Source of the DNA: a virus
Lineage: Duplodnaviria; Caudoviricetes
Strand: one strand, 5' to 3'
IMG/VR virus record: IMGVR_UViG_3300025608_000011
Location: 1-64,000 of that record
Length of the DNA stretch: 64,000 nucleotides
Shown here: positions 1 to 9,598 of the stretch, one piece after another
How positions within the stretch are numbered: the stretch's first letter is position 1
Layout: every line of letters begins with the position of its first letter
Program-made: the position numbers and the translations under genes
Notes under the pieces: generated by a model
Seen by the model: only the letters and a program-made list of their open reading frames with translations
The model's database searches: none
Told to the model about the DNA's origin: nothing

Positions 1-71
1 TCCTGTCCCTCCAACCACCTTACATTGCGGGTTGACCACAGTTTGTCCTGCAAGAAAGGTCGTCTCCTGCA
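1..71 (-). ncRNA. Candidate structured 5' leader RNA (truncated by window edge)
   Basis: GC-richer non-coding stretch. Minus-strand hairpins TGCAGGAGA/TTTCTTGCA (2 G-U) and CTGT..TCAACC/GGTTGG..ACAG. Confidence 0.45.
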
Positions 72-78
72 TTAGTAG

Positions 79-84
79 TATTTA
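79..84 (-). promoter_or_regulatory. T4-type late promoter core (TAAATA) for a transcript leaving the window
   Basis: CTAAATA on minus strand just downstream of the 1985-aa gene stop. The same core precedes most structural genes here. Confidence 0.55.
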
Positions 85-100
85 GCGGATTTTCTATATA

Positions 101-3100
101 TTAGCCTAAAGCCATAGTGAATTCGAAGAGAAGATTTTCAAATGTTTCTGCAGTAATGCTTTCGCCGCCGCCTGCAACAATGATCCATTCTGTGCCAGAA
201 TATATTTCCATTAAGCTGCGTTCGGTGTTCCAGCGTGTTTCACCTACTACAGCATTTGAGCCTCTGCCTGCTGTAGAGCCAGCTGGAATAACTAATCCTG
301 TGCCGCCATCAAATTTAACATAACCAACACCTGTGCTAGTAAATTCAAATGCACCTGTGTTATAATGTTTAATAAAATCATTGACAATTTCTAAATCGTT
401 AACAAGTATTTTAGGTGCTTTAAATCTATGTACTGCGGTTACTGTTCTTACAAACAGTTCATTGTTATACGAATATAAGTTAATATCTACATTCTCGCCT
501 ACGGGTACATTAACTTGATAATCTAAATTACCAGTTGTTTGATTATATGCATGAACAAAATCGTCGCCTGCGTTAGGATCTGCAGCATAAATGTAATTGT
601 CGTCTGCATGCCAATTTCCTAACCCTGTATTAGGTCCTACGGTTTGGATTGTATTTAACACAGTCTGCGATGCAATGTCGTATATAACAAATTGTATATT
701 ATCGCTTCCTAAAGGCGCAATTTCTTCATGACGATACAATTTTCCTTTTCGTATCTGCATGTAATACATATACCAAGCGTTTCTAAATGGAGCATTTAAT
801 GTGTCTATAAGAGTAAAATCTTCTAACTCAAATATAAAAATTTGTCCATCATCCTTAGTAGAATATACTGCAAGATAATTTTCATCAGCTGCTATTGTAT
901 AACCGAACGAGTCGTTGTTAACTGGATCAGTTCTTGTAGGATGTGTAATTGTTCGAACAAGTTGCGGCGGATCTTGATACAAATCATAGACTCTTACACT
1001 GTCAATTTGAGTATCGCCAACCATAGATGCAAACGCATACCTATTATTAATAGCTGTAGTCCAACCAAGATCACTGCTACTGGTTGGTCCTGTAACACGT
1101 AATAACTGTTCTTGAGTTTCAACATTGTATATAATAATTGCGCCTCGTCCGCTAGGAGGTGTATTATATGCCCCTGCTATTAAAATATTATTTTCATTTA
1201 AAGATACAGATCCGCCGAATAGCTTAAGACTTTCATTTGCTGGGTCATAAATGGTGTACTGATAATCACCTTGGCGATTATAGATCATTACTTTACCGCC
1301 TAAATATGTATCTTCGTTGCTGCTAGGATCACCTATTGCAATGTATTCATCGTTGACTGCTATAGTTTGTTTACCATACGTTAAACTAGCATCTACCAGT
1401 GTTTCATTTGCTGTTAACTCTGCAACATATTGTGTGATAGTTTCTTCTGTTCTAAATTCTAGATCTGCATTTGAGTCTACAGTTGTAATTTCATTGTTAT
1501 CTATTAACACACTATCTGCCTGTAGTCCGTGGAAGTTAACACTGTTAAAATCTATGTTTCCTACTTGTGTGCCGTTTACAGTAAATTCTAGATGATTGTT
1601 ATTAGAATTTGCAATAACATTTGTAAGTCTATCTGCAGAATATAATTGATCAAATGTTTGTATGTTTGCGCCAAACCCTTCAAATAAATCATCGTCGGAA
1701 TTGTATCTAATACTTCCTGCTTCTAAACTCCACTGTGCTGTGCTTCCTTGTGGTAATGGTAAACTATTTGTAGTATTAAGAGTAATAATTCCTGAATTAA
1801 AAATAATAGGATCTACATCTGTAAACATTGAAGTTTTAATTCTAATGTTTTCTAAGTTAACTGTACCCGATGCATTAGCTCTAAGTTCTAAATTACTATT
1901 AGATAGCGTAGTTGTAATTACATTGTCGAATAAATCAATATTTTCTAAATTAAATGTTTCACCGCTTACTCCGTTGACATTTAAACCTTCTAATGTTAGT
2001 ATATTAGTTGTTAGATTAAAAGCGTCTAATGGTTCGTCTATTATTACTCTACCAGTACCAGTAGCTCTGAATTCTAAATCAGCATTAGTTGATGTACTGG
2101 TAATAACATTGTCATCAAATAATATTTCTTCTAGTTGCGCACCTTGTACAATATTTAAATCACCTGTAATGGTAAGATTTGTTACCGTTAAATCGCCTGT
2201 TTGAGTTCTATCACCAACGTGTGTAAGTGTACCATTTATGTTTGTAGAAACTAGTGTGGTATTATTTGCAACTGTCAAATCTTGATCTGCTTGTAGATTG
2301 TCAAAAACAACTTCGCCAGTTCCGCTTGCTTGAAGTTCTAAATTATTGTTACTAATAATACTGTTTGCATTTGGTGCAGTAGCTCCTACTTTCTCTATTT
2401 CGAACCTCCAAAATTCTTGGAATGATTCATTACCGTCATAGTAGTCTGGGTCAGTTGTTGTAATTAATTCACCACGATTCCATACCTGACCTTGGTAAGT
2501 TACAGTGTCTTGGGTGAATCTGCTAGAAATATATCCGCTACTACCTGTACTGCTAGTTACATAAGTTGCTATTAAATCTCCTTTATAGTATAGATATATG
2601 TAATGAGTCCAATTAGTTCCGCTGCCTCGTCTTTCATAAACCCATTGAGTTCTATTATCTGTTGTGTCGTTGTATACAAATCCTTCAAGTCCACCGCCTA
2701 CTTGTACATCATCAACTAAAAATCTTTCTGCGGTGAAATTTTCAGCAGTTATATCTACAAGATTTAAATCTCCATCAACTGTGATGTTATTTGTTACTTG
2801 TGTATTTTCATCTAAAATAACATTACCAGAACCGTTGGCTTGTAATTGTAAATTATTATTTTCTAGATTTAAAATATCTTTACCTTGAGGCAAATATTTT
2901 ATTGTATAATCTTGATTTACAGTGAATAATCCGTCGATATCTGCTTCGGTAATTCCTTGCGGATAAATTATATCTCCATCATAAAGTCTGTATGCTTGAC
3001 TGCCATATGTTGCTACAGTAAAATTACTGTATGCTACTACTAAAGTGTCATTGGAGTCATACACAGCAAAACTAACAGCGTCAGTAACAAGACTAGATAT

Positions 3101-6058
3101 ATTATCTGTATCTTCATGTATAAGAAAAACATTTGCAGTTGTGTACCATTGAAAATCTCCCGGATCGTCAATACGCCACCAAGGCTGTGCTCTGTAAGTA
3201 ATATCGACGTTAATAATAGCCGATTGTGGAACAGGTGAAGCAGTTATTACATTACCGGCAATGTTCACTTCGTGATTAAAATTACTTTGTACATTTAAGT
3301 CTTGTGTGACAGTTAAATTGTCTGTAGATAAGTTTCCAGTTTGAGTTCTATTACCTGCATGTGTTACCAGTCCGTTAATAACTACATCTTGTAAATCTGT
3401 TACACCATTTACACCTAATCCATTATCTATTTGTACATTGTTACTAGGAATATATATTCTGCCAGTTCCGTTCGCACGTAGTTCTAAATCTGCGTTTGTT
3501 TCTGTAGTAGTAATATAATTGTCGTTTATAGAAATGGTATCACCTACAAATTGTCCTATGTAAGCATTACCCCAGGCGTTTGTATCGCTACCTAAATTAA
3601 ATCCGCTGTCGCTGCCAGGAATGATATCTTGTTCTATATCTGCGTTAAATGATACTTGATCTACTGCTGTATCACCTATGCTAATAACACTACCAGTTAC
3701 ATTAATATCTTGTAGAACTGTAGTATTACTTGATACATTTACATCACTTAACATATTAACAGTGTTTGTTAAACTTGTTAAGTCAATTGCTCCAGTCTTT
3801 GTACTAATTGTATTATTTTGAAATACAAATGGTGTTAAATCAATTTTATCTGCTGCAAGTATAGTAGCATTAGAACCGTCCGAAATAGTTATAGTATTAC
3901 CGTTTTCTAAACTAATAGTATCTAAAGCAAATGTTGTGTTTCCAGTTTCAACATCAACAACAAAACGCTCGCCTACACGATAGTTTCCTAATACGTCTGT
4001 ACTAGTAAAATAAACTTTACCATTGTTTAATTCTTCAGTTTCATTTTCTTGTATAGTAAGAGTAGGATCATTAGTTACACTCTTTCCGCTACCAACATAG
4101 GAAAAGTTATGTCCTACCAAATAAATTATTACATCATTGCCGTCTGCAACAACACCTTTATTACCGTAGATTGTTGCAGAGCCTATGCTTCTTACTTCTG
4201 CACCATATTCTACAGTACTTCCGTCAACACTTAGATGTCCTGTTGTTCCGTTTTTGGCGTATAATGCTCTGTCAGCGAAATATGTAAATGAATTTAACCA
4301 CTCAACTCTAACTCCATTTGTCATTGTAATACAATCAACGCCAGGAGTAATGAATGTCACTGAATGGAACAACATACTTGCGTGTTCGCTGTTTGGATCT
4401 ACTGCGGCACCATCTATTAACGCCCCTCGTCCAGCATCTCCACTGTCAAAACCTCTTGGATCTGCTGCACTTAATTGTGCTCCTTTAGTAATTACAGTAA
4501 CGTTCCTAATATAAGGAGATCTAGAAGTAATAATAGCCCCAGGGGCAAAACGGAAGGCATAGCCTGTGTCATTTACAATGTCATAATAAAAATTTTGTAT
4601 ACTTAGGTTTTCAATTGTTGTTTCGCCGTTAAGCAAAAATGCATCTTGATCGTAACTACTTGTATCAGGATAGATAATTGTATTTCTAATATCTGTACCT
4701 GTAATAGTTGTGTTTGCAGGGACAGTAAGTGGAAATTCTTCTTGATATTCACCGGGGAAAATATAAATTTGTGCAGGTAAACTACTTGTATCTGCTTGCT
4801 CTAAGGCACGTTTAAGTGTAGCAACAGGTTTTTGTTGATGATCTCCTGAGTTTGCATCGTCTCCGTTAACAGCAACATAATAAATATTTCCTTGTCCTGT
4901 TCCTAGATCCACGCCTCCTAGATTTACAACAGCAGATGCAATATCTTGACCATTCAAAAGTACAGTATGTACTTCTCCCCAAGTCTTACCTTCTTTACCT
5001 AAGTCGTATTTTAAATCTTGGTTAGGATTAACATTGTCATTTACATCTGCGTTAAACGCAACAGTGTCGACTGAACTATCATCACCAAATACAATATTAC
5101 CTTCTAGAGTAATATCACCTGTAGCATGTAAACTCCCGTCAATAAATGTATCATCTAATAGATGAATAATACCTGTTCCAGCTGTGTTTATATTAACATC
5201 GCCGTCTGATATAGTTGACTTAATAGCATTACCTTGTATAGCATGGTCGCCTAAAACACTGTCTCCGGGTATTGTTAAAGTTTCTTTATCTATAAAGTCA
5301 CTATAGTTAACACTAACATCGCCTGTTACTGTTGTACTTCCTGTTTGGTTAACTGTGTTTAAATTTATATTTGCAAAATCTGCAATAGGATCTAGTGCTG
5401 TAAAATTTTGATCTGTTTTTAAATAATCGAATATAACTTTGCCTGCACCGCTGGCTGCTAGTTCTAGATCTGCATTTGAGCTATTAACGTCTATAAAATT
5501 ATCATCGATTATCCAATCATTTAATAAAAATCTTCCTGCCTGTACATTACCTGATGCATTCAGCGACGTTGCAGATATAGCATCTAGTTGTATACCAGCA
5601 TATGCTTCTGCATCTGAAAGTATTCGTACTTCGCCAGCGCCGTTTGCAGAAAATTCTAAATCTGTATTAGTATTATATGTAGAAACTGTATTGTTATTGA
5701 TATTAATTTGCGGAGTAGTTAAAGAATTAATATCAACATTATTAGCAGTAAATGTTAAAGGACTGCTTCCGAGATTGATTATTTTATTACCGTTTATGCT
5801 AACATTACCAAGTAATGCAGTATCTGCTAGATGAGTAGTTGCAGATAAAGTTCCTGTAACATTAATAGCTGCATCGGGGTCGTTAGAGGAACGATTAACA
5901 CCTATCTTATTATCAATAACATTAATATATAAGAGAGGTGTATCACCGTTTTGATTCTTAAATGAAAGATTCGCAATTGAATCTTGTACTAGATCTTTTC
6001 TTTGAAGATTTTCTTGTAGGACTGGCCCGCCAATCCTACCTATTCCCTGTGCCATCAA
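101..6058 (-). CDS. Large repetitive virion fibre/appendage protein with beta-helix-like and beta-propeller-like inserts (1985 aa)
   Basis: Recurrent IxxNxITTxxSNADLELxAxGTGxV units, YYVAVNGDDANSG motif, propeller-like repeats (YIAIGDP, FGYTIAAD) and C-terminal PAGSTAGR..GETRWN. RBS AGGAG and late promoter upstream. Confidence 0.75.
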   Translation of the reverse strand: MMAQGIGRIGGPVLQENLQRKDLVQDSIANLSFKNQNGDTPLLYINVIDNKIGVNRSSNDPDAAINVTGTLSATTHLADTALLGNVSINGNKIINLGSSPLTFTANNVDINSLTTPQININNNTVSTYNTNTDLEFSANGAGEVRILSDAEAYAGIQLDAISATSLNASGNVQAGRFLLNDWIIDDNFIDVNSSNADLELAASGAGKVIFDYLKTDQNFTALDPIADFANINLNTVNQTGSTTVTGDVSVNYSDFIDKETLTIPGDSVLGDHAIQGNAIKSTISDGDVNINTAGTGIIHLLDDTFIDGSLHATGDITLEGNIVFGDDSSVDTVAFNADVNDNVNPNQDLKYDLGKEGKTWGEVHTVLLNGQDIASAVVNLGGVDLGTGQGNIYYVAVNGDDANSGDHQQKPVATLKRALEQADTSSLPAQIYIFPGEYQEEFPLTVPANTTITGTDIRNTIIYPDTSSYDQDAFLLNGETTIENLSIQNFYYDIVNDTGYAFRFAPGAIITSRSPYIRNVTVITKGAQLSAADPRGFDSGDAGRGALIDGAAVDPNSEHASMLFHSVTFITPGVDCITMTNGVRVEWLNSFTYFADRALYAKNGTTGHLSVDGSTVEYGAEVRSIGSATIYGNKGVVADGNDVIIYLVGHNFSYVGSGKSVTNDPTLTIQENETEELNNGKVYFTSTDVLGNYRVGERFVVDVETGNTTFALDTISLENGNTITISDGSNATILAADKIDLTPFVFQNNTISTKTGAIDLTSLTNTVNMLSDVNVSSNTTVLQDINVTGSVISIGDTAVDQVSFNADIEQDIIPGSDSGFNLGSDTNAWGNAYIGQFVGDTISINDNYITTTETNADLELRANGTGRIYIPSNNVQIDNGLGVNGVTDLQDVVINGLVTHAGNRTQTGNLSTDNLTVTQDLNVQSNFNHEVNIAGNVITASPVPQSAIINVDITYRAQPWWRIDDPGDFQWYTTANVFLIHEDTDNISSLVTDAVSFAVYDSNDTLVVAYSNFTVATYGSQAYRLYDGDIIYPQGITEADIDGLFTVNQDYTIKYLPQGKDILNLENNNLQLQANGSGNVILDENTQVTNNITVDGDLNLVDITAENFTAERFLVDDVQVGGGLEGFVYNDTTDNRTQWVYERRGSGTNWTHYIYLYYKGDLIATYVTSSTGSSGYISSRFTQDTVTYQGQVWNRGELITTTDPDYYDGNESFQEFWRFEIEKVGATAPNANSIISNNNLELQASGTGEVVFDNLQADQDLTVANNTTLVSTNINGTLTHVGDRTQTGDLTVTNLTITGDLNIVQGAQLEEILFDDNVITSTSTNADLEFRATGTGRVIIDEPLDAFNLTTNILTLEGLNVNGVSGETFNLENIDLFDNVITTTLSNSNLELRANASGTVNLENIRIKTSMFTDVDPIIFNSGIITLNTTNSLPLPQGSTAQWSLEAGSIRYNSDDDLFEGFGANIQTFDQLYSADRLTNVIANSNNNHLEFTVNGTQVGNIDFNSVNFHGLQADSVLIDNNEITTVDSNADLEFRTEETITQYVAELTANETLVDASLTYGKQTIAVNDEYIAIGDPSSNEDTYLGGKVMIYNRQGDYQYTIYDPANESLKLFGGSVSLNENNILIAGAYNTPPSGRGAIIIYNVETQEQLLRVTGPTSSSDLGWTTAINNRYAFASMVGDTQIDSVRVYDLYQDPPQLVRTITHPTRTDPVNNDSFGYTIAADENYLAVYSTKDDGQIFIFELEDFTLIDTLNAPFRNAWYMYYMQIRKGKLYRHEEIAPLGSDNIQFVIYDIASQTVLNTIQTVGPNTGLGNWHADDNYIYAADPNAGDDFVHAYNQTTGNLDYQVNVPVGENVDINLYSYNNELFVRTVTAVHRFKAPKILVNDLEIVNDFIKHYNTGAFEFTSTGVGYVKFDGGTGLVIPAGSTAGRGSNAVVGETRWNTERSLMEIYSGTEWIIVAGGGESITAETFENLLFEFTMALG

Positions 6059-6075
6059 CTACTCTCCTGACACAG

Positions 6076-6082
6076 TATTTAT
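6076..6082 (-). promoter_or_regulatory. Late promoter (ATAAATA)
   Basis: ATAAATA upstream of the RBS of the 1985-aa gene. Confidence 0.6.
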
Positions 6083-6086
6083 TAGT

Positions 6087-7061
6087 TTAACTTTCGATAA
6101 ACTTAACACGCATAGAGCCTGGACCGCCACGATATCCTGAATCTCTTTCAGCATTACATGGAACACCTGCTGGTGCTCCCATGCCGTAAGGTAGGAGATA
6201 TCCACAAGCCTGTGTTTCGTAACAACCGCAACTTCTTGTAGATGCCCAGCATGCTGCCTGCCAGGTACCTGTTCCAGGAGATCTGTTTAAACCGTTTAAT
6301 CCGTGTACTACTTGATAAATTACACTTCCTGCACTTCGTGAAAAACTATTGTCTAATTCTGATCCACTTGTTGACGTTCCGCCGTTTTGTGAAAACGTGT
6401 AAGGTGCTGTAGCAATATGGTGTTGCCAGTGGCAAACATCGCAAGGACTACTAGAATTTAAAGTTAAACAACTTATTCTGCCCGGAGCATTGACGTCTCC
6501 ACCGTATGCTTGAGCCATCCAGCCTGATCCATCGGCACATAAATTACAAAGTGTGCCACAACCGTCACCGCGAGTGGTTGCACAGAAACATTGCGCTAAA
6601 CAACAAAATATCGGACAAAGGTGTGAACAAGTTGACATGCCGCCACGTCCGCCTTCGGCACACATACAACCCCAACCTGGATTACAATTACCACAACAAT
6701 CCATGTTATATATTACACAAGTTGCTGTTGAGCATCCTTTAAAATCAGCATTAGAATTTGCACATGCTTCACCTAACCAACCACAAATCATTGCGCCTTG
6801 ATTTATACTAAATGTTTTTCTAGCATACGCTCCGCTGTTTCCGCCGAAACCGCCACCGCAACAACACATTTTTGGTCCCGATCCGCCAGCTCCCCAAATT
6901 TCTAATACTACTGTTCCGTTACTAGGAGCACAAAATCTAGGACCGCAACACATGTTATGACAATTATCGCCCAATGTGTATGAAAAAATCTTGCCTTTTT
7001 CAAGATTATTTTCTTCAATTTCTAAATTTTTGCTGCCTAATAATTTTTTAAGCGATGCCAT
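6087..7061 (-). CDS. Cysteine- and glycine-rich putative virion protein (324 aa, 33 Cys)
   Basis: WGAGGSG..GGGFGGNSGAY and C-terminal GYRGGPGSMRVKF resemble phage glycine-rich tail domains. CC/CCC/CxC clusters. RBS AGGAG and ATAAATA at 7085-7091. Confidence 0.7.
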   Translation of the reverse strand: MASLKKLLGSKNLEIEENNLEKGKIFSYTLGDNCHNMCCGPRFCAPSNGTVVLEIWGAGGSGPKMCCCGGGFGGNSGAYARKTFSINQGAMICGWLGEACANSNADFKGCSTATCVIYNMDCCGNCNPGWGCMCAEGGRGGMSTCSHLCPIFCCLAQCFCATTRGDGCGTLCNLCADGSGWMAQAYGGDVNAPGRISCLTLNSSSPCDVCHWQHHIATAPYTFSQNGGTSTSGSELDNSFSRSAGSVIYQVVHGLNGLNRSPGTGTWQAACWASTRSCGCYETQACGYLLPYGMGAPAGVPCNAERDSGYRGGPGSMRVKFIES

Positions 7062-7090
7062 GTTGTTCTCCTACCATGATATTGTATTTA

Positions 7091-7642
7091 TTATTTGTCA
7101 AAATTATGATACACTCTAATGTTTGTTCCAAAAGGCGGATCACTGGTAAATTGTATATAATATCCTGCATCATTATATGGAGCATTGTTCCCTTCAAATG
7201 CTCCGCCCGTTGTTACTTCTGCTTGTGTTCTAATATTATAATGATCACCACTTACTTGCCAAACGTTACCTAAAATTACTACTATTCCGTCTGTGTTAGG
7301 AACAAAATTAGCAGTTCCGGTTCCGTCGTCTAATGGACCATACACATCATCGCCATTACCGACATAATTTTGTCTAGTAATAGTAGTTGGTTCTTTGTAT
7401 CTAATATTTCTCCAAGCAGAATTTTGATATGCTTCTAGTTCACTTGTAGTAGAATTATAACGAATCATTCCTTCTACAGGAACATTAGAACGTTCTGTTG
7501 TAGTCCCAGTAGGTGCAACAACAGCGTTTGTACTTACTAAATCAATTCTATCAGATACAGGCTCTACATTTACACCAACTTTTCTATTTCTAAGTCCGCC
7601 AAAAAATCTAGAATCTGTAGTCTGTGATTTAACTAAACGCAT
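7091..7642 (-). CDS. Putative virion structural protein
   Basis: PTGTTTER..EGMIRYNSTTSELEAY motif is shared with the 1985-aa protein and typical of phage fibre proteins. Confidence 0.65.
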   Translation of the reverse strand: MRLVKSQTTDSRFFGGLRNRKVGVNVEPVSDRIDLVSTNAVVAPTGTTTERSNVPVEGMIRYNSTTSELEAYQNSAWRNIRYKEPTTITRQNYVGNGDDVYGPLDDGTGTANFVPNTDGIVVILGNVWQVSGDHYNIRTQAEVTTGGAFEGNNAPYNDAGYYIQFTSDPPFGTNIRVYHNFDK

Positions 7643-7643
7643 A

Positions 7644-7982
7644 TTATACTTCCAAATAACTCACTGTTGCTGATAATACATCAGGACTTTCACCTTGGAT
7701 AATTAATCTGTCACCTTCTTCTAATACAACTTTTTCACTGTCAAAGGTAAATGTTTCACCAGCAGGTAATTCTACTGTATTTAAAACTAAATTTTGATTT
7801 CCTGCTGTTTGTCCGTTTGGAACAAGAAACATGTCAAAGTTAGTTACATTTGCTTCTGGAGCTAACGGATTTGGTATTGCAGTATTACATACTAGTACCG
7901 TTAAAATAGCGTAACTTTTTCCTGCAGGAACATCTACTAATGTTACTGGATCTACGCCAAATGCTGCATTTTGAATAGCCAT
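7644..7982 (-). CDS. Small hypothetical beta-rich virion protein
   Basis: Clean ORF in a tightly packed operon with beta-strand-like composition. Confidence 0.6.
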   Translation of the reverse strand: MAIQNAAFGVDPVTLVDVPAGKSYAILTVLVCNTAIPNPLAPEANVTNFDMFLVPNGQTAGNQNLVLNTVELPAGETFTFDSEKVVLEEGDRLIIQGESPDVLSATVSYLEV

Positions 7983-7990
7983 ATTGTTTC

Positions 7991-9007
7991 CTAAAATATC
8001 ATACTTAATAATAGTGATCTGTTTTTACTTACGAGCTCGTCAGTGTTATCACTATCGTCTACGTAATATAGTCCTGTATCTCCTGGTCCAGGGGTCTCTA
8101 CATATAATTTTAATCCGTTAGCGGGAGAACTCGGTGTTGACGCTGATGTTTTGATAACAAGTGTATCATCAACTATAACACTTCCTGTACCCCAGGTACG
8201 CAACTCTATATCTGCATTACTATTTAGAGTTTCAATTTTTGTACCTTCAATTTTTAAATCCGTTAATTCTAATCTGTCATTATAAAATTCAGCAACTAAA
8301 TTATTATCTATGCCTACTTTTACTACACTTGCAGAACCTGTAACTTCAAAATCATCTGCTTCTACAAATGTTGGTGTAATTACACCTTCTGCAATTCGTG
8401 CTTGGAATACTCCTGCAAAATAAGATGTAACATAATCTATTACGCCTTTTGCATTAGGAATAAAATCTGGATCTTCAGCACCGTTATATGCTCCGCCTGC
8501 AAGATTAATAGTGTTTGTTGCAGGAATGTACTCAAATACATTACGTTCGTAATTACTCGCGCCATTTACACTTATTACTCCAGTGCCTGAATTAATAAGA
8601 TATAAATTTCCGCCAGCAGTGTCTATAGCAGTAGTTCTTAAACCTACAGTATTTCCGTTTGCTAATTTTAAATGAAATGCACCATTTACACTAGTTTGTG
8701 ATACAGGGTCTTGCCACGTTATACTTTCATCAAATAGTATTTGTGCATCTGATACACTACCTCTATCTATCTGTATTCCGCTTGTACCTAGAGTAACACC
8801 TGTACCAGTTTCGCCGTAGTTAAGAGTAATTATGTTATCATTAATGTCTGTATCTGTAGTATTTAGATATGATTGTGTACCACTTACTACAAGATTACCA
8901 GTAACATAAACAGTTCCTTGAACAAGACCTGTGTCAAGAGTAATTGTTCCGCCTTCTTGGACGGTTAATTTATAATCACCACCTGGTACGTTTACATACT
9001 TAGACAT
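7991..9007 (-). CDS. Putative virion fibre-associated protein
   Basis: Contains the SNADIELRTWGTGSV unit of the 1985-aa protein and a DNIITLN..GIQIDRG motif. RBS AAGGA. Confidence 0.65.
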   Translation of the reverse strand: MSKYVNVPGGDYKLTVQEGGTITLDTGLVQGTVYVTGNLVVSGTQSYLNTTDTDINDNIITLNYGETGTGVTLGTSGIQIDRGSVSDAQILFDESITWQDPVSQTSVNGAFHLKLANGNTVGLRTTAIDTAGGNLYLINSGTGVISVNGASNYERNVFEYIPATNTINLAGGAYNGAEDPDFIPNAKGVIDYVTSYFAGVFQARIAEGVITPTFVEADDFEVTGSASVVKVGIDNNLVAEFYNDRLELTDLKIEGTKIETLNSNADIELRTWGTGSVIVDDTLVIKTSASTPSSPANGLKLYVETPGPGDTGLYYVDDSDNTDELVSKNRSLLLSMIF

Positions 9008-9022
9008 TTATAATCCTTAAAC

Positions 9023-9040
9023 TAGGGGCCTAAGCCCCTA
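9023..9040 (-). terminator. Probable intrinsic terminator/hairpin
   Basis: TAGGGGC-TTAG-GCCCCTA followed by GTTT, just after the 9046..9432 gene. Confidence 0.5.
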
Positions 9041-9045
9041 TTACT

Positions 9046-9432
9046 TTAGATAGCTGTTAGGATAACAATTGATTCTGTAGAATCGTCTTCAATAGTCCAT
9101 GTGTAGACATTGTTGTCGAAATCCACTGCTTTATGTCCTGTTACCTTTTTAAGGGTAATTCTATTACCAGTTCCGTCTGAGCCAAACATTACCATTTCGC
9201 CTTCTGTTAACGAAGCAGTAGCTTTATTAACTAAACGGCAATCAAGTGTAGTTGTTCCGTCAGTTACTTTAAACTTATTAGTACCTTTTTGTGCAACAAT
9301 GTATCCAGTGTCTACAGCACCGTTACCTGTGTTACATTCTACACGAAAGTTATTTTCTGTTTCTGATCCTACTACACGTTGATTTGGTGTTTCTGGATCA
9401 CCTAAGTATCTTTTATTTAATGGACGTCCCAT
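9046..9432 (-). CDS. Hypothetical late protein (128 aa), possible head-associated protein
   Basis: Own late promoter, structured leader and strong RBS AAGGAG. Directly downstream of the capsid gene. Confidence 0.65.
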   Translation of the reverse strand: MGRPLNKRYLGDPETPNQRVVGSETENNFRVECNTGNGAVDTGYIVAQKGTNKFKVTDGTTTLDCRLVNKATASLTEGEMVMFGSDGTGNRITLKKVTGHKAVDFDNNVYTWTIEDDSTESIVILTAI

Positions 9433-9452
9433 TTGTTTTCTCCTTTATAGAA

Positions 9453-9521
9453 GTCCGATGCGGGTTCTAGCCGCTACGCTGTGGGTACAGCATAAGTCCG
9501 CCTTGCGGCACACTATCTGAC
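9453..9521 (-). ncRNA. Candidate cis-regulatory four-way-junction RNA in a late 5' UTR
   Basis: P1 GTCAGAT/ATCGGAC; P2 AGT-GT-GCC(GCAA)GGC-GG-ACT; P3 TATGCTGT(ACCC)ACAGCGTA; P4 GCGG(CTAGAAC)CCGC. Lies between TAAATA and the RBS. Confidence 0.6.
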
Positions 9522-9526
9522 AAATG

Positions 9527-9532
9527 TATTTA
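9527..9532 (-). promoter_or_regulatory. Late promoter (GATAAATA)
   Basis: TAAATA core 5 nt upstream of the structured leader. Confidence 0.6.
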
Positions 9533-9546
9533 TCTTTTACAAGATA

Positions 9547-9574
9547 TAAAAAAAGGGTGACCGAAGCCACCCTT
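9547..9574 (-). terminator. Intrinsic terminator after the major capsid gene
   Basis: AAGGGTGGC-TTCG-GTCACCCTT followed by a T run. UUCG tetraloop as in T4 terminators. Confidence 0.85.
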
Positions 9575-9598
9575 AAATTTTAATTACCTAAGTAACTA

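Noticed and set aside
9453-9521. Cloverleaf-like element as a tRNA gene
   Set aside because: The third arm has a 4-nt loop rather than a 7-nt anticodon loop, and there is no TTCG T-loop, D-loop GG or CCA. It is kept only as a structured leader.
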